A DNA stretch of 64,000 bases, taken from positions 12,769 to 76,768 of the forward strand of contig JASMDC010000015.1 of the NCBI GenBank assembly GCA_030753015.1. The letters run 5' to 3'. The first letter of the stretch is position 1. Every line of letters starts with the position of its first letter. Shown here piece after piece: positions 38,545-48,307 of the stretch. The position numbers were made by a program, and so were the translations under genes. Under the pieces are notes generated by a model. It made no database searches. It saw only the letters and a list, made by a program, of their open reading frames with translations, and was not told where the DNA came from. This stretch comes from Candidatus Undinarchaeales archaeon (lineage in GTDB: Archaea; SpSt-1190; JASMDC01).

Positions 38545-40083
38545 ATGCGGGGCGTAATCAGCTCGGGGCATCCGGTCACATCCGAGGCGGGTGCGAGCGT
38601 GCTGCGCAAGGGAGGGACCGCCGTCGACGCGGCACTTGCAGCGTCCGCTGTGAGCGGAGTTACCGAGCCCGGCCTCACCAGTCTTGGGGGGGGAGGTCTT
38701 GCCGTCATCCACGAGGGAGACAGCGGCCGCAACCGGGTCTTCGACTTCTTTGCAGACATGCCCGGCCTGGAAGGTGACGGTCCGGACCCCTCCAGTTTCA
38801 AGGAGCTGGTCGTTGACTATGAGGGTGCGCTGGAGACGTACCTGGTCGGCATGGGAACGGCAGCGCTCCCGGGCGTGCTCCCGGGTATCCTGTACATCCA
38901 CGAGGAGATGGGCACGCTCCCTCTGGCAGACGTCCTTGCCCCGGCGATACGGGTCGCGCGCGATGGGGTCGTGCTCAGCGCGTTCCAGGCCAGATGCAAC
39001 TACCTGTTCCGGGACCTTCTGGGCATGGGCCTGGAAAGCCGGAAGGTCTTTTTCAGGGACGGGGTGATGCTAAAGGAGGGCGAGCTCTTCACGAACCCCA
39101 ATGTGGCACGGCTGCTCTCGAAGTTCGGATCAGGCGACTGGAGGCAGACGCTGGAAAACGAGTTCTACTCGCCCATCGTCAAGCACATGGAGGAGATATC
39201 CGGCCCCATCACACCTGCCGACCTCGAGCACTACACACCCATCGAGCGCTGTCCTCTGGAGATATCGTGCATGGGCTTCGACCTGCTCACACCGCCCCCC
39301 CCGTCCACCGGTGGCCTCAGGATCGCCTTTCTGCTCAAGCTTTTAGAGCGCAACGAGCTTGCGGGCATGGACCGGACGGGCCCGGAGTACGTCGAGCTGC
39401 TCGCACAATGTCAGGCATCCACCGATGCCATGCGCAAGGGAGTTGTGGACGGCAACATCCACGACAAGAATCTTGCCGAAGAGGTGCTCTCGGAAGGCTG
39501 CCTGGACCGCTTTACCGACGATGCCATGGTCGTTGCACCGCCCCGGTCGGCGGGGAACACCACCCAGATATCGGTCACAGACGCAACGGGCACCGCCGTG
39601 TCGCTCACGACCACCACCGGCGAGAGCACGGGCTTCATGATCCCCGGCACCGGCGTGCTCTACAACAACATGCTGGGCGAGATCGACCTCAACCCCGACG
39701 GCTGCCGGGCGAACCCGGTCGGAAAAAGGCTCACGTCCTCCATGTCGCCTTCGGTGATGCTTGCTGACGGCGAGGTCATCGGCGTCATGGGGAGCGGTGG
39801 ATCGAGCAGGATCATAAGTGCCATCGTGCAGGTGTCGCTCAACCACGCGGTGTTCGGCCTCGACGCGGCAACGTCCGTGGAGTCGCCCCGAGCGCACTAC
39901 GAGGGCGGGGTGCTCCAGATGGAGGCAGGCTTTCCTGCAGCCACCGTCCAGAAGCTGAAGCGCACCTTCGAGGTGAACGAGTGGGACCGTATCGACCGGT
40001 ACTTCGGCGGCGTCCACATGACCACGGGGCGTACGGGTGCCGGCGACACGCGCAGGAGCGGGCACTTCATGGCCGTGGAGTAG
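38545..40083 (+). CDS. ggt: Gamma-glutamyltransferase family protein
   Basis: GGTAVDAA, LGGGG, PPPSTGG, N-TTQISV autoprocessing Thr, NNML, SSMSP, GSGG. Confidence 0.92.
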   Translation: MRGVISSGHPVTSEAGASVLRKGGTAVDAALAASAVSGVTEPGLTSLGGGGLAVIHEGDSGRNRVFDFFADMPGLEGDGPDPSSFKELVVDYEGALETYLVGMGTAALPGVLPGILYIHEEMGTLPLADVLAPAIRVARDGVVLSAFQARCNYLFRDLLGMGLESRKVFFRDGVMLKEGELFTNPNVARLLSKFGSGDWRQTLENEFYSPIVKHMEEISGPITPADLEHYTPIERCPLEISCMGFDLLTPPPPSTGGLRIAFLLKLLERNELAGMDRTGPEYVELLAQCQASTDAMRKGVVDGNIHDKNLAEEVLSEGCLDRFTDDAMVVAPPRSAGNTTQISVTDATGTAVSLTTTTGESTGFMIPGTGVLYNNMLGEIDLNPDGCRANPVGKRLTSSMSPSVMLADGEVIGVMGSGGSSRIISAIVQVSLNHAVFGLDAATSVESPRAHYEGGVLQMEAGFPAATVQKLKRTFEVNEWDRIDRYFGGVHMTTGRTGAGDTRRSGHFMAVE

Positions 40084-40248
40084 GGCAGGGGACGGCCTCA
40101 CTTTCGCATACCTGGGGCTTCAGGGGCGATGGACGAACGACGGCTGATCCGTCATCGCTCCAAAGATACACCATCTTGCGCCCGAGGGGCTCGTCATGGC
40201 GAGGTGACCGGGCCTATTTAATTGTTAGACACGTGAATTTCATGCTTC

Positions 40249-42054
40249 ATGGCACCACGGATCCGACAAGGTCAAGTTAATAAAAAAATACAATTTCAAA
40301 AGAGGATCCAAGGTGATGAGAATTCTAGTCCGGTGAAAGGCACCGATCATTATGTAGTCGCTCTGTTCTTTGTGTTATCACTGGTCTTTGTCGGGCCCAT
40401 TCTTAAGGGGCTGTACATGTATGGTATTCTCGACTGGGATCAACATTTCTTCTATCACGCGGTCCCAAGGGCCACCATCATCGAACATCACCAGTTCCCA
40501 TTATGGAATCCGTACCATTGTGGTGGCAACATCCTTCTTGCCAATCCCCAATCATCCTTCTTGTCCCCGACATTCATCTTCGTCCTCCTTTTCGATGTGA
40601 TACCGGGATTGAAAGTGAGGATCCTGATCCAGTACATGATCGGGTTGTACGGGATGTATATCCTGGCCCGATCGTTGGGTATGACCACTAATGGCAGCCT
40701 GTTATCCTCGAGCGTCTTTATGCTCAACGGAGCGTACGCATCCAACATCGTGGTCGGCCATACCACTTTTCTTCCTGTGGTGTATATCCCCTGGGCCTTT
40801 CATTACTTACTGAGAGGGATCGAGGACATCAGGTACATCCCTCTGTCCTCGATCGTCCTTTCCATCATGATCTTTGAGGGAGGTGTCTTTCCTTTCGTGT
40901 TCACATGCCTGTTCATGGGTGCGTTCTCGTTCTTCAAGGCGCTGCAACTCAAGAAGATAGCTCCTGCAGGAGCATTCGTCCTTGTCCTCTTTCTTACCTT
41001 CCTGCTAGCTTCCATCAAATTCCTTCCCCTTATCGAGTTCACTTCTATGAATCCATTATCAAGGGACGTCGGTAGGGGGTATACTGTTGAGATACTGGTC
41101 AACGCACTGACCAATCCCGACCTCAACACCGTCGATCTCAATTTGAAAGTATCGGACGACCAAGTAAATTACTGGATAGAATATTATGCGTATGTCGGCG
41201 CACTACCTTTGATACTCGGTATCTTTGGCGCATGCGTGATGCTGGGCTCAAGGTGGCCATTATTATTGACCACAGTTCTGTTCCTCATCCTCTCCTTTGG
41301 CTCGAACGAGACGCTGGATCTCTGGGGCATGATCCATCCCTTGCCCATCTTGAGCAGCTTCCAGGTACCCAGCAGATGTATGATGATGGTCGTCTTTTCT
41401 CTGGCTCTCTACTCCGGCTGGGCGCTTTCTTGGTTAGAGGGGTACGGGGCCCATATGTTGGTGACGTGGGGAGTGCTGGTCTTTGTCATCATGGATCTGG
41501 TGCTCGTTAACGGCGCTTTGTTCGAACTGGGGTTCATTCGATATCCTCCTGCGATCCTTGGTCGTCGTAGTGATACCCTCGTTCAATGGAAGGGATGGGG
41601 ACATTATGATTATTTCTTGATGAACAAAGGCCTGGTCAACTGCTATGAACGGACGCATCTCCCGATACGTGCACTTCCAGCTCAGGACGAGCAGTATAGA
41701 GGAGAGGTCTACTACAACGGGTCCATCGGGAGACCGGAAGTCATCAGTATAACCCCGAACGAGCTACGTTACCGCGTGTCCGTCGATCGACCCACCAGAC
41801 TGGTGGTCAATCAGAACTATGATCCCGGCTGGTATAGCACGGGACATGATGTGGTATCTCATGATGGATTGATATCGATCGACCTCGATCCGGATGATGA
41901 GATCGTGACCCTCTCATATCTACCGCGCTCCTTCCTCCTTGGCCAGCTGCTCTCGTTCCTTGGTCTCGTTCTTGCAGCCCTTGTGTATTATGATAGACTT
42001 CCCAATGGGGGGCTGGTGCTCGCCTCCAACGGCAGGCTCAACGACGGGATGTAG
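40249..42054 (+). CDS. Multi-pass membrane protein, YfhO-like/GT-C glycosyltransferase
   Basis: DWDQH, FPLWNPY.CGG...LANPQ, many TM segments, NQNYDPGW; GC visibly lower than the flanks. Confidence 0.78.
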   Translation: MAPRIRQGQVNKKIQFQKRIQGDENSSPVKGTDHYVVALFFVLSLVFVGPILKGLYMYGILDWDQHFFYHAVPRATIIEHHQFPLWNPYHCGGNILLANPQSSFLSPTFIFVLLFDVIPGLKVRILIQYMIGLYGMYILARSLGMTTNGSLLSSSVFMLNGAYASNIVVGHTTFLPVVYIPWAFHYLLRGIEDIRYIPLSSIVLSIMIFEGGVFPFVFTCLFMGAFSFFKALQLKKIAPAGAFVLVLFLTFLLASIKFLPLIEFTSMNPLSRDVGRGYTVEILVNALTNPDLNTVDLNLKVSDDQVNYWIEYYAYVGALPLILGIFGACVMLGSRWPLLLTTVLFLILSFGSNETLDLWGMIHPLPILSSFQVPSRCMMMVVFSLALYSGWALSWLEGYGAHMLVTWGVLVFVIMDLVLVNGALFELGFIRYPPAILGRRSDTLVQWKGWGHYDYFLMNKGLVNCYERTHLPIRALPAQDEQYRGEVYYNGSIGRPEVISITPNELRYRVSVDRPTRLVVNQNYDPGWYSTGHDVVSHDGLISIDLDPDDEIVTLSYLPRSFLLGQLLSFLGLVLAALVYYDRLPNGGLVLASNGRLNDGM

Positions 42055-42190
42055 GCGCTTGAGCGACAGCAACTTACCGCAACGATCCGGGGGCTGCTGA
42101 GCTCTCCTCTCGTTCCCGAGGATGCCCCGGCCCAAGGGAAGCTATAAAACGTGAGTGAGGAAGCCGCGAGCATAGATCGGTGGTGTAACC

Positions 42191-42796
42191 GTGGAGATAG
42201 AATACGAAGGCGTCATCAGAACGGACGACATGATCCTCTTGGGAGTGCGACAGAAGGGTACCGGCCCCTACGAGACACAGATGACCGTCCCCGGGATGAC
42301 ATACGACCAAAAGACCGATAAGGCCCTGGTCTCGATCGGTTCCAGGACCGACGACGGTGAGAGCGTTACGGGCATCATCCCCCAGCTCACCGGTCCCCTC
42401 GAGGGCTATGACCATGTCTCCATCGACCAGACCGTGGAGCTCGCATCGTACCATCCCGCCACCGGGCACATGGTCGGTCCCATGTACTGCTCGCTTGACG
42501 TGGAGACCGATCTGGCTGCGTCAGGGAATGGGGACGGATACGTCGCTCTCGCCCGGGAGCCTGCTCAGATGGATACCGTTCTCCAGGCGCTCACCATGGA
42601 GGGCATCATCCCCGACGATGTCGTCACCGCATATGGCACGCTCATGGACGATCCCACCGAGGGCAACTACCTGAAGCTGCTCCACCAGATCGAGGTCAAC
42701 AAGGATGACATCGCCCTAGCACGTCTCCACATAGAGTGGTACATAGATGATGGGGACATCACGGACCTTGGCTTCGCACCCGGAGACCTCTCCTAG
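42191..42796 (+). CDS. Hypothetical acidic protein
   Basis: Coding-like codon usage; TATA-like CTATAAAA upstream. Confidence 0.65.
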   Translation: MEIEYEGVIRTDDMILLGVRQKGTGPYETQMTVPGMTYDQKTDKALVSIGSRTDDGESVTGIIPQLTGPLEGYDHVSIDQTVELASYHPATGHMVGPMYCSLDVETDLAASGNGDGYVALAREPAQMDTVLQALTMEGIIPDDVVTAYGTLMDDPTEGNYLKLLHQIEVNKDDIALARLHIEWYIDDGDITDLGFAPGDLS

Positions 42797-42922
42797 GTCC
42801 GCTTTGAGCATAGGATCTGTTGCCCGTGCATCGGAAGTCTGACAAGATCATCGGCGTCAACGTCCTGGCCCCGGGGCGTCCGACCTGGTACACGAGGGTG
42901 CCATTATGGATTCGTGATACGA

Positions 42923-42937
42923 GTGCGCCGGTCGGGA
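42923..42937 (-). repeat. Repeat family A copy 1 (tRNA-Gly-like 3' end)
   Basis: GTGCGCCGGTCGGGA on the plus strand. Confidence 0.85.
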
Positions 42938-43073
42938 ACAAAGCCCACATTCAGGGGCAAATGAGAACGGGAACGGTCGCGGGGGGGCGCACTCCGCTGG
43001 ACCTTGACCAACGGGCCCCGGGCATTCGATCGATGGAATATGCATATATACTATAACCACCATTATACTAACT

Positions 43074-44306
43074 ATGATTATTGTTAGGGGGGAGGCAGAG
43101 GAGATCAAGAAGATACACAAGTGGTTGCTCGTGTACGGAAGGCGGAAGACGGGCAAGACCTTCCTCCTCAGGAACCTCACGGACTACGACGAGTACTACT
43201 TCGTGAAAAGGGACAGGGGGATACTCACCGACTCAGGTGCCCTCTCGTACGAGACCTTCCTGGAGCTGTTCAAGCGCCAGCTCAACGACGGAGGGACGGT
43301 GATCGTGGACGAGTTCCACCGCCTGGGCGAAGGGTTCCAGGATATCCTCCACTTCCTTCCGAAGAAGGGGAAAGTGATACTCGTATCGTCCACGCTGCAC
43401 CTATCGAGGAAGCTGGTGGGATCGCACTCCCCCCTGCTCGGTGTGGTCGCCGAGTTCCAAATGCCGCTCCTGCGACTCTTCGACGTGCTGAGCTCCCTGC
43501 ACGGTGATGGTCTCTCCAAGAAGGAGCTCGTCGAGACTGCCGTGCTCCTGCGCGAGCCCATAACCATCGACCATTACACACCTGGCGAGGGAGCTGTATC
43601 CACGTTCACGAGGGTGATGACGAGCACGAAGTACCTCGTACCGGCGCTCATCGGCGAGATATTCACAGAGGAGGACCGCTCCCTCTCAGCGGTCTACGAG
43701 GGCGTCCTGCGTGCTATAGCCGGCGGGAAGTGCGTATCGAGCGAGATATCGAGCTTCCTCTTCTCGCACGGACTGATCAAGAAGGACGATCCCAGCCTCC
43801 TCCAGCAGTACCTCAACAATCTCGTGTCGTTCGGCCTCCTGAAGCGGTTGAAGGTGTACAACAAGCGGCGTTACGTCTACATGCATACCTCGCCGCTGGT
43901 CTATCTCTACTTCTACGCTGACGAGAAGTACAACCTCTCCGAGATCGAGGCTGGACCCGAGGTGATCTCCCGCATCATCGCCGAGCTCTATCCGCGCATC
44001 ATCGAGGGAGCGGTGCGCGAGCTCTTGGCCGAGCACTTCGGGCTGGTGGAGTCCGTCGTCCGGGAGAAGGATTTTGACATCGACGCCTACCTGCTGCGGT
44101 TCAAGACGCCCGAAGTGGCCGTGGAGGTCAAGTGGAAGGACAAGGTCTCATCCAAGGACGTGCGCAAGGCCGAGGATACCCTGTCACGCGTCGAAGCGAA
44201 GCGCAGGATCCTGTTCGTCCCGGACAAGAAAAAGGTCGAGTGCGGGAGCGACCTCGAGATCATGGACGTAGGCGACGTGCTGCAGGGACGTGCTTCTGCG
44301 GAGTAG
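43074..44306 (+). CDS. Archaeal ATPase with wHTH and C-terminal PD-(D/E)xK-like domain (DUF234-type)
   Basis: YGRRKTGKT, IVDEFH, C-terminal DID..AVEVKW. Confidence 0.85.
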   Translation: MIIVRGEAEEIKKIHKWLLVYGRRKTGKTFLLRNLTDYDEYYFVKRDRGILTDSGALSYETFLELFKRQLNDGGTVIVDEFHRLGEGFQDILHFLPKKGKVILVSSTLHLSRKLVGSHSPLLGVVAEFQMPLLRLFDVLSSLHGDGLSKKELVETAVLLREPITIDHYTPGEGAVSTFTRVMTSTKYLVPALIGEIFTEEDRSLSAVYEGVLRAIAGGKCVSSEISSFLFSHGLIKKDDPSLLQQYLNNLVSFGLLKRLKVYNKRRYVYMHTSPLVYLYFYADEKYNLSEIEAGPEVISRIIAELYPRIIEGAVRELLAEHFGLVESVVREKDFDIDAYLLRFKTPEVAVEVKWKDKVSSKDVRKAEDTLSRVEAKRRILFVPDKKKVECGSDLEIMDVGDVLQGRASAE

Positions 44307-44319
44307 ATTCATAACAAAA

Positions 44320-44335
44320 GTGCGCCGGTAGGGAC
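44320..44335 (-). repeat. Repeat family A copy 2
   Basis: GTGCGCCGGTAGGGAC (one mismatch). Confidence 0.8.
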
Positions 44336-44483
44336 CCGAGCGCGCATCAGGGGCACTCATCCTGTGCATACGCACGTAGAACAAGCGTATGGACTATGAT
44401 CGGAACAGATATCGCCCGAGCGGACCTGTCGGAGATATACTTTTATTGACTTGGTTCGATCCACCGTACAGAGCGTGATTACC

Positions 44484-45899
44484 ATGGTATCCCCGTCCAC
44501 CAAGATCGGCGACCTCATCGAGGAGCATCCCTTCCTTGTCGACTTCCTGCCCACCCTCTCTCCCCGGTACGAGGCCTTGCGCAGCCCCACCATGCGAGCC
44601 ACTATGGGAAAGGTGGCCACCGTAGAGATGGCCGCCAAGATGGGAGGACTGGAGGTGGACGAGCTTGTCACCGCCATCGAGAGCGAGATCGCCCGACACG
44701 TCGAGGGCGACGCGTCCGCCCCGACCGAAGAGGAGCTTGCGCGACGCAAGGAGGTCCTCAAGGGCATCATCCGCGACATCCACGCGGGCGCCGACATCGA
44801 GGAGCTTAAGGTCCGGTTCGCCTCCCTCATCAAGGGCGTGGGCCCTGCTGAGATCTCGGCCGTGGAGCAGGCGCTCATCGCCGATGGCATGCCCGCAGAG
44901 GAGATCAAGCGCCTGTGCGACGTCCACGTGGAGGTGTTCAAGAGCTCGCTCGAGATGAAGAAGCCACCATCCACCCCGCCAGGCCACCCGGTCCACACCT
45001 ACATGCAGGAGAACCAGGCAAGTGCCGACATCATGCGCAAGATCGTAGATCGATTGGAGGGCCTGGAGGACGCGCTACCCGAGGTCAAGGGCCTTCTCGA
45101 CGAGCTGGCCAAGATCGACATCCACTACACCCGAAAGGAGAACCAGCTCTTCCCCGCCCTCGAGCGCCACGGTATCACGGGGCCCTCGCAGGTCATGTGG
45201 GCCATCCACGACGATATCAGGGCGCTGGTGAAACAGGTGCGGGAGGCACTGGATGGCGAGGACGTCGCAAGCGCCGCCACCCTCCTCCGGGACCTTGTTG
45301 GGACCATCGGCGACATGGTCTACAAGGAGGAGCACATCCTCTACCCGGCTGCGCTGGAAGCCCTGACGGAGGAGGACTGGGTGCGCGTGCGGCAGGGCGA
45401 GGAGGAGATCGGGTACGCATGGGTGACACCTGCGGCCCCCTGGCCACCCGAGGGGACCGAGGTAGCGGTCTCTTCTGAAGGGACCTCGGCCCTCTCCATG
45501 GACACCGGGGCGCTCACCCACGAGCAGCTCAACCTCCTGCTCAAGCACCTTCCCTTCGACGTGACCTTCGTGAGCGAGAACGACGAGGTGCTGTACTACT
45601 CGGACACTCCAGAGCGGATCTTCCCCCGGTCGGCAGGGGTCATCGGGCGAAAGGTGCAGAACTGCCACCCGCCCAAGAGCGTCCACGCAGTCACTCGCAT
45701 CCTGGACGAGTTCAGGGCCGGGACGCGGGACGTCGCCGAGTTCTGGATCCATCTCCACGGAAAGTTCCTCTACATCCGGTACTTCGCCGTGCGCGACGGT
45801 AAGGGCACCTATCGCGGATGCCTCGAGGTCATGCAGGAGATATCCCGCATCTCCAAACTCGAAGGGGACAAGCGGCTGCTGGACGACAGCACTGCCTAG
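44484..45899 (+). CDS. DUF438/hemerythrin-like/PAS domain protein
   Basis: EIKRLCDVH, PPGHPVHTY..EN, HY.RKEN.LFP, VMW..HD, VQNCHPPKS. Confidence 0.88.
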   Translation: MVSPSTKIGDLIEEHPFLVDFLPTLSPRYEALRSPTMRATMGKVATVEMAAKMGGLEVDELVTAIESEIARHVEGDASAPTEEELARRKEVLKGIIRDIHAGADIEELKVRFASLIKGVGPAEISAVEQALIADGMPAEEIKRLCDVHVEVFKSSLEMKKPPSTPPGHPVHTYMQENQASADIMRKIVDRLEGLEDALPEVKGLLDELAKIDIHYTRKENQLFPALERHGITGPSQVMWAIHDDIRALVKQVREALDGEDVASAATLLRDLVGTIGDMVYKEEHILYPAALEALTEEDWVRVRQGEEEIGYAWVTPAAPWPPEGTEVAVSSEGTSALSMDTGALTHEQLNLLLKHLPFDVTFVSENDEVLYYSDTPERIFPRSAGVIGRKVQNCHPPKSVHAVTRILDEFRAGTRDVAEFWIHLHGKFLYIRYFAVRDGKGTYRGCLEVMQEISRISKLEGDKRLLDDSTA

Positions 45900-45933
45900 G
45901 ACGGAAGGTACCAGAGACGTTTCGCAAGAGACA

Positions 45934-46018
45934 GGTGCGCCGGTCGGGACCCGTTCTCGTGTACGAACAGGCACAGAACGCCAGATGACCTTTTGGGACA
46001 TCCTTAAAAGATCGGACC
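45934..46018 (-). repeat. Repeat family A copy 3 plus about 70 bp shared with copy 5
   Basis: GGTGCGCCGGTCGGGACCCGTTCT..GAACGCCAGATGACC.TTTGGGA..TTAAAAGA.CGGACC. Confidence 0.88.
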
Positions 46019-46102
46019 GCAGAGGCCTTCAAGTATGTCGAGAAAGGGCACAAGAAGGGAAGTGTCGTTATGACCGTGGTGGATGATGACAAGGGATCAT
46101 AG
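46016..46102 (+). pseudogene. C-terminal remnant of an MDR-family NAD(P)-dependent dehydrogenase
   Basis: TAEAFKYVEKGHKKGSVVMTV..*; not in the supplied ORF track. Confidence 0.75.
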
Positions 46103-46158
46103 GTACGTAATTTAGTTTCATGGCACTTAATAGCCAACAAGCGACATAGCTCACATGG

Positions 46159-46797
46159 GTGAACAAAACGGATGAACTATCTGCAAGATGCAAGAACGAG
46201 ATACACACCTTTTTCGGCCTGGCCGTCGTTAATCTTGTGATCGCTGCATTGATCCTGGCCTTCGGGATATCTACAGGTGTCACGCGGCTCATGGCCTTTT
46301 CCAGGTCAGGAGAGATCGAACTGATGTCCCTATTATTGATCGGTGCGGGCCTTGCTGCAGCAATTGCTGGACTGTATTGGCTGGTAAAGACCGCCGAGAT
46401 CCTCGAAGGTGTCGAAAAGATCGACTCGGACTGGGAAAAGATCACACAACATGACGATCAGGAACAGGTCACGGGTGTTCTTGTTCAAATGATAGCTCAT
46501 TATCGAAAGAACCAGCCGGTCATCGACAGAATGACCGTTCTTGGACGGATAGTCGGGATCCTTTTCCTTGTTTCCGGATCTCTGAGCCTGCTGGATTCGG
46601 GAAGGACACTGCTTGCATCCGGCATGGTCAATGAAGGCATGTTCCAGCTTGCAGGTGCCATAGCGGTATTTAGCGTTGGGATCGGAAGTCTTCTCATCGC
46701 AAGATACTTCGAACGGTATTCCGGGATCTGGGTCGTCCGACTAAAGGAAGAAGATAACATCCAGGAAGCGCTCACCGAACTGTTGGAGGCCAGCTAA
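46159..46797 (+). CDS. Hypothetical 4-TM membrane protein
   Basis: Four hydrophobic helices; lower GC; adjacent to a wHTH gene. Confidence 0.7.
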   Translation: MNKTDELSARCKNEIHTFFGLAVVNLVIAALILAFGISTGVTRLMAFSRSGEIELMSLLLIGAGLAAAIAGLYWLVKTAEILEGVEKIDSDWEKITQHDDQEQVTGVLVQMIAHYRKNQPVIDRMTVLGRIVGILFLVSGSLSLLDSGRTLLASGMVNEGMFQLAGAIAVFSVGIGSLLIARYFERYSGIWVVRLKEEDNIQEALTELLEAS

Positions 46798-46798
46798 C

Positions 46799-47074
46799 GT
46801 GAAAGGGCGACGTACCAATTACGAGATCTATTGGGAGATCCTGGTCTTCTGCCGTGAACCCAGATCGTTCACCAGTATTATCAATCGTTGCGATCTGAAC
46901 TCAAAGATCGGGCAGCAGCATATCCAGTTCCTCACGGACAAGAAGTTCCTTTCGATCGAGACCCTCGAGAAGAAGAGATCGTACACCACTACAGAACAAG
47001 CTCACGAATATATCAGCCTTTTTTCACAACTATATCGAAAGATGTATGACAGTGCCCCGGAATTCAAACTGTGA
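46799..47074 (+). CDS. Archaeal winged-helix regulator (HTH_45-like)
   Basis: RRT.YEIY.EIL..T.II..C.LN..L..Y.TT. Confidence 0.8.
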   Translation: MKGRRTNYEIYWEILVFCREPRSFTSIINRCDLNSKIGQQHIQFLTDKKFLSIETLEKKRSYTTTEQAHEYISLFSQLYRKMYDSAPEFKL

Positions 47075-47115
47075 ATGCTCGCTAAGGACCCGTTAGCATA
47101 CGATCAACATGAGAA

Positions 47116-47131
47116 TGGTGCGCCGGTCGGG
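47116..47131 (-). repeat. Repeat family A copy 4
   Basis: TGGTGCGCCGGTCGGG; reverse complement ends in ..GGCGCA-CCA. Confidence 0.85.
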
Positions 47132-47456
47132 GACACAACCTTTATAGGTTCGTGAGGTCTCGCCATCCATTGTCCTAACGGACCTGTTGTGGGGACATTG
47201 CCGGCCTTCGCTGGATTGAACACCAGTGTCTCCACAACTGCTTTCCCCCATCCTTGCATATAATCCCACCAGCGAAGGCTGCGGATCGATAGAAGGGATG
47301 CCGATCCTACAAGATTCCCTGCTGTTGAGCAAGATAACGAGGGGCGTCTCCAGTATCCCATATCCCCCTGTTCATCGATAGGACCTGCCTACGGGATGTG
47401 GATCGAACCCTTTGCCACCCACCGTATTTTCCTTGAGCGAACACCGAGAGAAGGGA

Positions 47457-47547
47457 TGGTGCGCCGGTCGGGACCTGGACCCGTTCTTTTTTCTGACAGG
47501 CCCTGAACGCCAGATGACCGTTTGGGATATTGTTAAAAGAACGGACC
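47457..47547 (-). repeat. Repeat family A copy 5 plus about 70 bp shared with copy 3
   Basis: Reverse complement reads CGGG-TCCAGGT-CCCGA-CCGGCGC-A-CCA, a degenerate T-arm plus acceptor 3' strand. Confidence 0.88.
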
Positions 47548-47568
47548 ATCGACTCTGGACGGATGATC

Positions 47569-48300
47569 ATGAAAGCCATCCTGCACACAAGATACGGACC
47601 TGCCGACGAGCTTGAGCTCACAGAGGTCCCCAGACCGGTCCCCGGGGACAACGAGGTCTCGATCAAGGTGCATGCGACGGCAGTGACGACGGGCGACTGC
47701 AACGTCCGGAACCTCACGTTCGCGCCCAGAGATTTCAAGATCCCTGTGCGGTTGTTCCTGGGGATAAGAACACCTCGGATCAAGATACTTGGGAACGAGG
47801 TGGCCGGAGTGATCGAGGCCGTCGGCAAGGACGTCACGCGGTTCGCGGTCGGTGACAAGGTCTTCGGGACCCCCGGCGCTGCCATGGGCGCCCATGCCGA
47901 GTACCTGTGCATGCCCGAGGACGGAGTGCTGGCGATAAGACCTGACCCGATGAGCTGGGAGGAGGCCGAGGTAGTCATCGCCGAGCACGACGGTGCGCCC
48001 GTCGGGTTCGCCCTCTTCTTCCATAACTACTCGACGTTCCTGGGACGGCACGGCATCTACATCGAGGACCTGTACGTCCGGCCCGAGCATCGAGGGAAGG
48101 GGTGCGGGAAACAGCTGCTCGCCCATCTTGCCGACCTTGCCGTCGAGCGGGGGTGCGGGCGATTGGAGTGGTGGGTCCTCGACGTCAACCGGCCTGCCAT
48201 CGACTTCTACGGGTCTCTGGGAGCGCAGGCGATGGACGAGTGGACCGTGTACAGGCTGACCGGAAAGGAGCTGGGGCGGCTGGCCGCAGGCGGGCGGTGA
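47569..48300 (+). pseudogene. In-frame chimera: MDR dehydrogenase N-terminal domain fused to the C-terminal part of an SSAT-like GNAT
   Basis: MKAI..YG..EV..KVHA..GDKVFG..GAHAEY..MSWEEA joined near 47965 to EVVIAE..VGFALFFHNYSTFLG..EDLYVRPEHRGKG..LEW.VLD.N.PAIDFY; no Rossmann domain. Confidence 0.8.
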
Positions 48301-48307
48301 GCAGTCG

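Noticed and set aside
43074-44306. Novel defence system
   Set aside because: Matches a widespread single-gene archaeal ATPase-DUF234 family; no partner genes and no evidence of a defence function
47204-47279. 11-bp inverted repeat GCCTTCGCTGG/CCAGCGAAGGC
   Set aside because: About one such match is expected by chance in 64 kb, and there is no further structure or TSD
47408-47420. CCCTTTGCCACCC identical to the IS1634 left junction (33994-34006)
   Set aside because: The match stops 3 bp into the IR; most likely coincidence
42923-47473. Repeat family A as a CRISPR array
   Set aside because: Spacing is 0.3-1.6 kb with whole genes between copies, the repeat is only about 15 bp, and there are no cas genes
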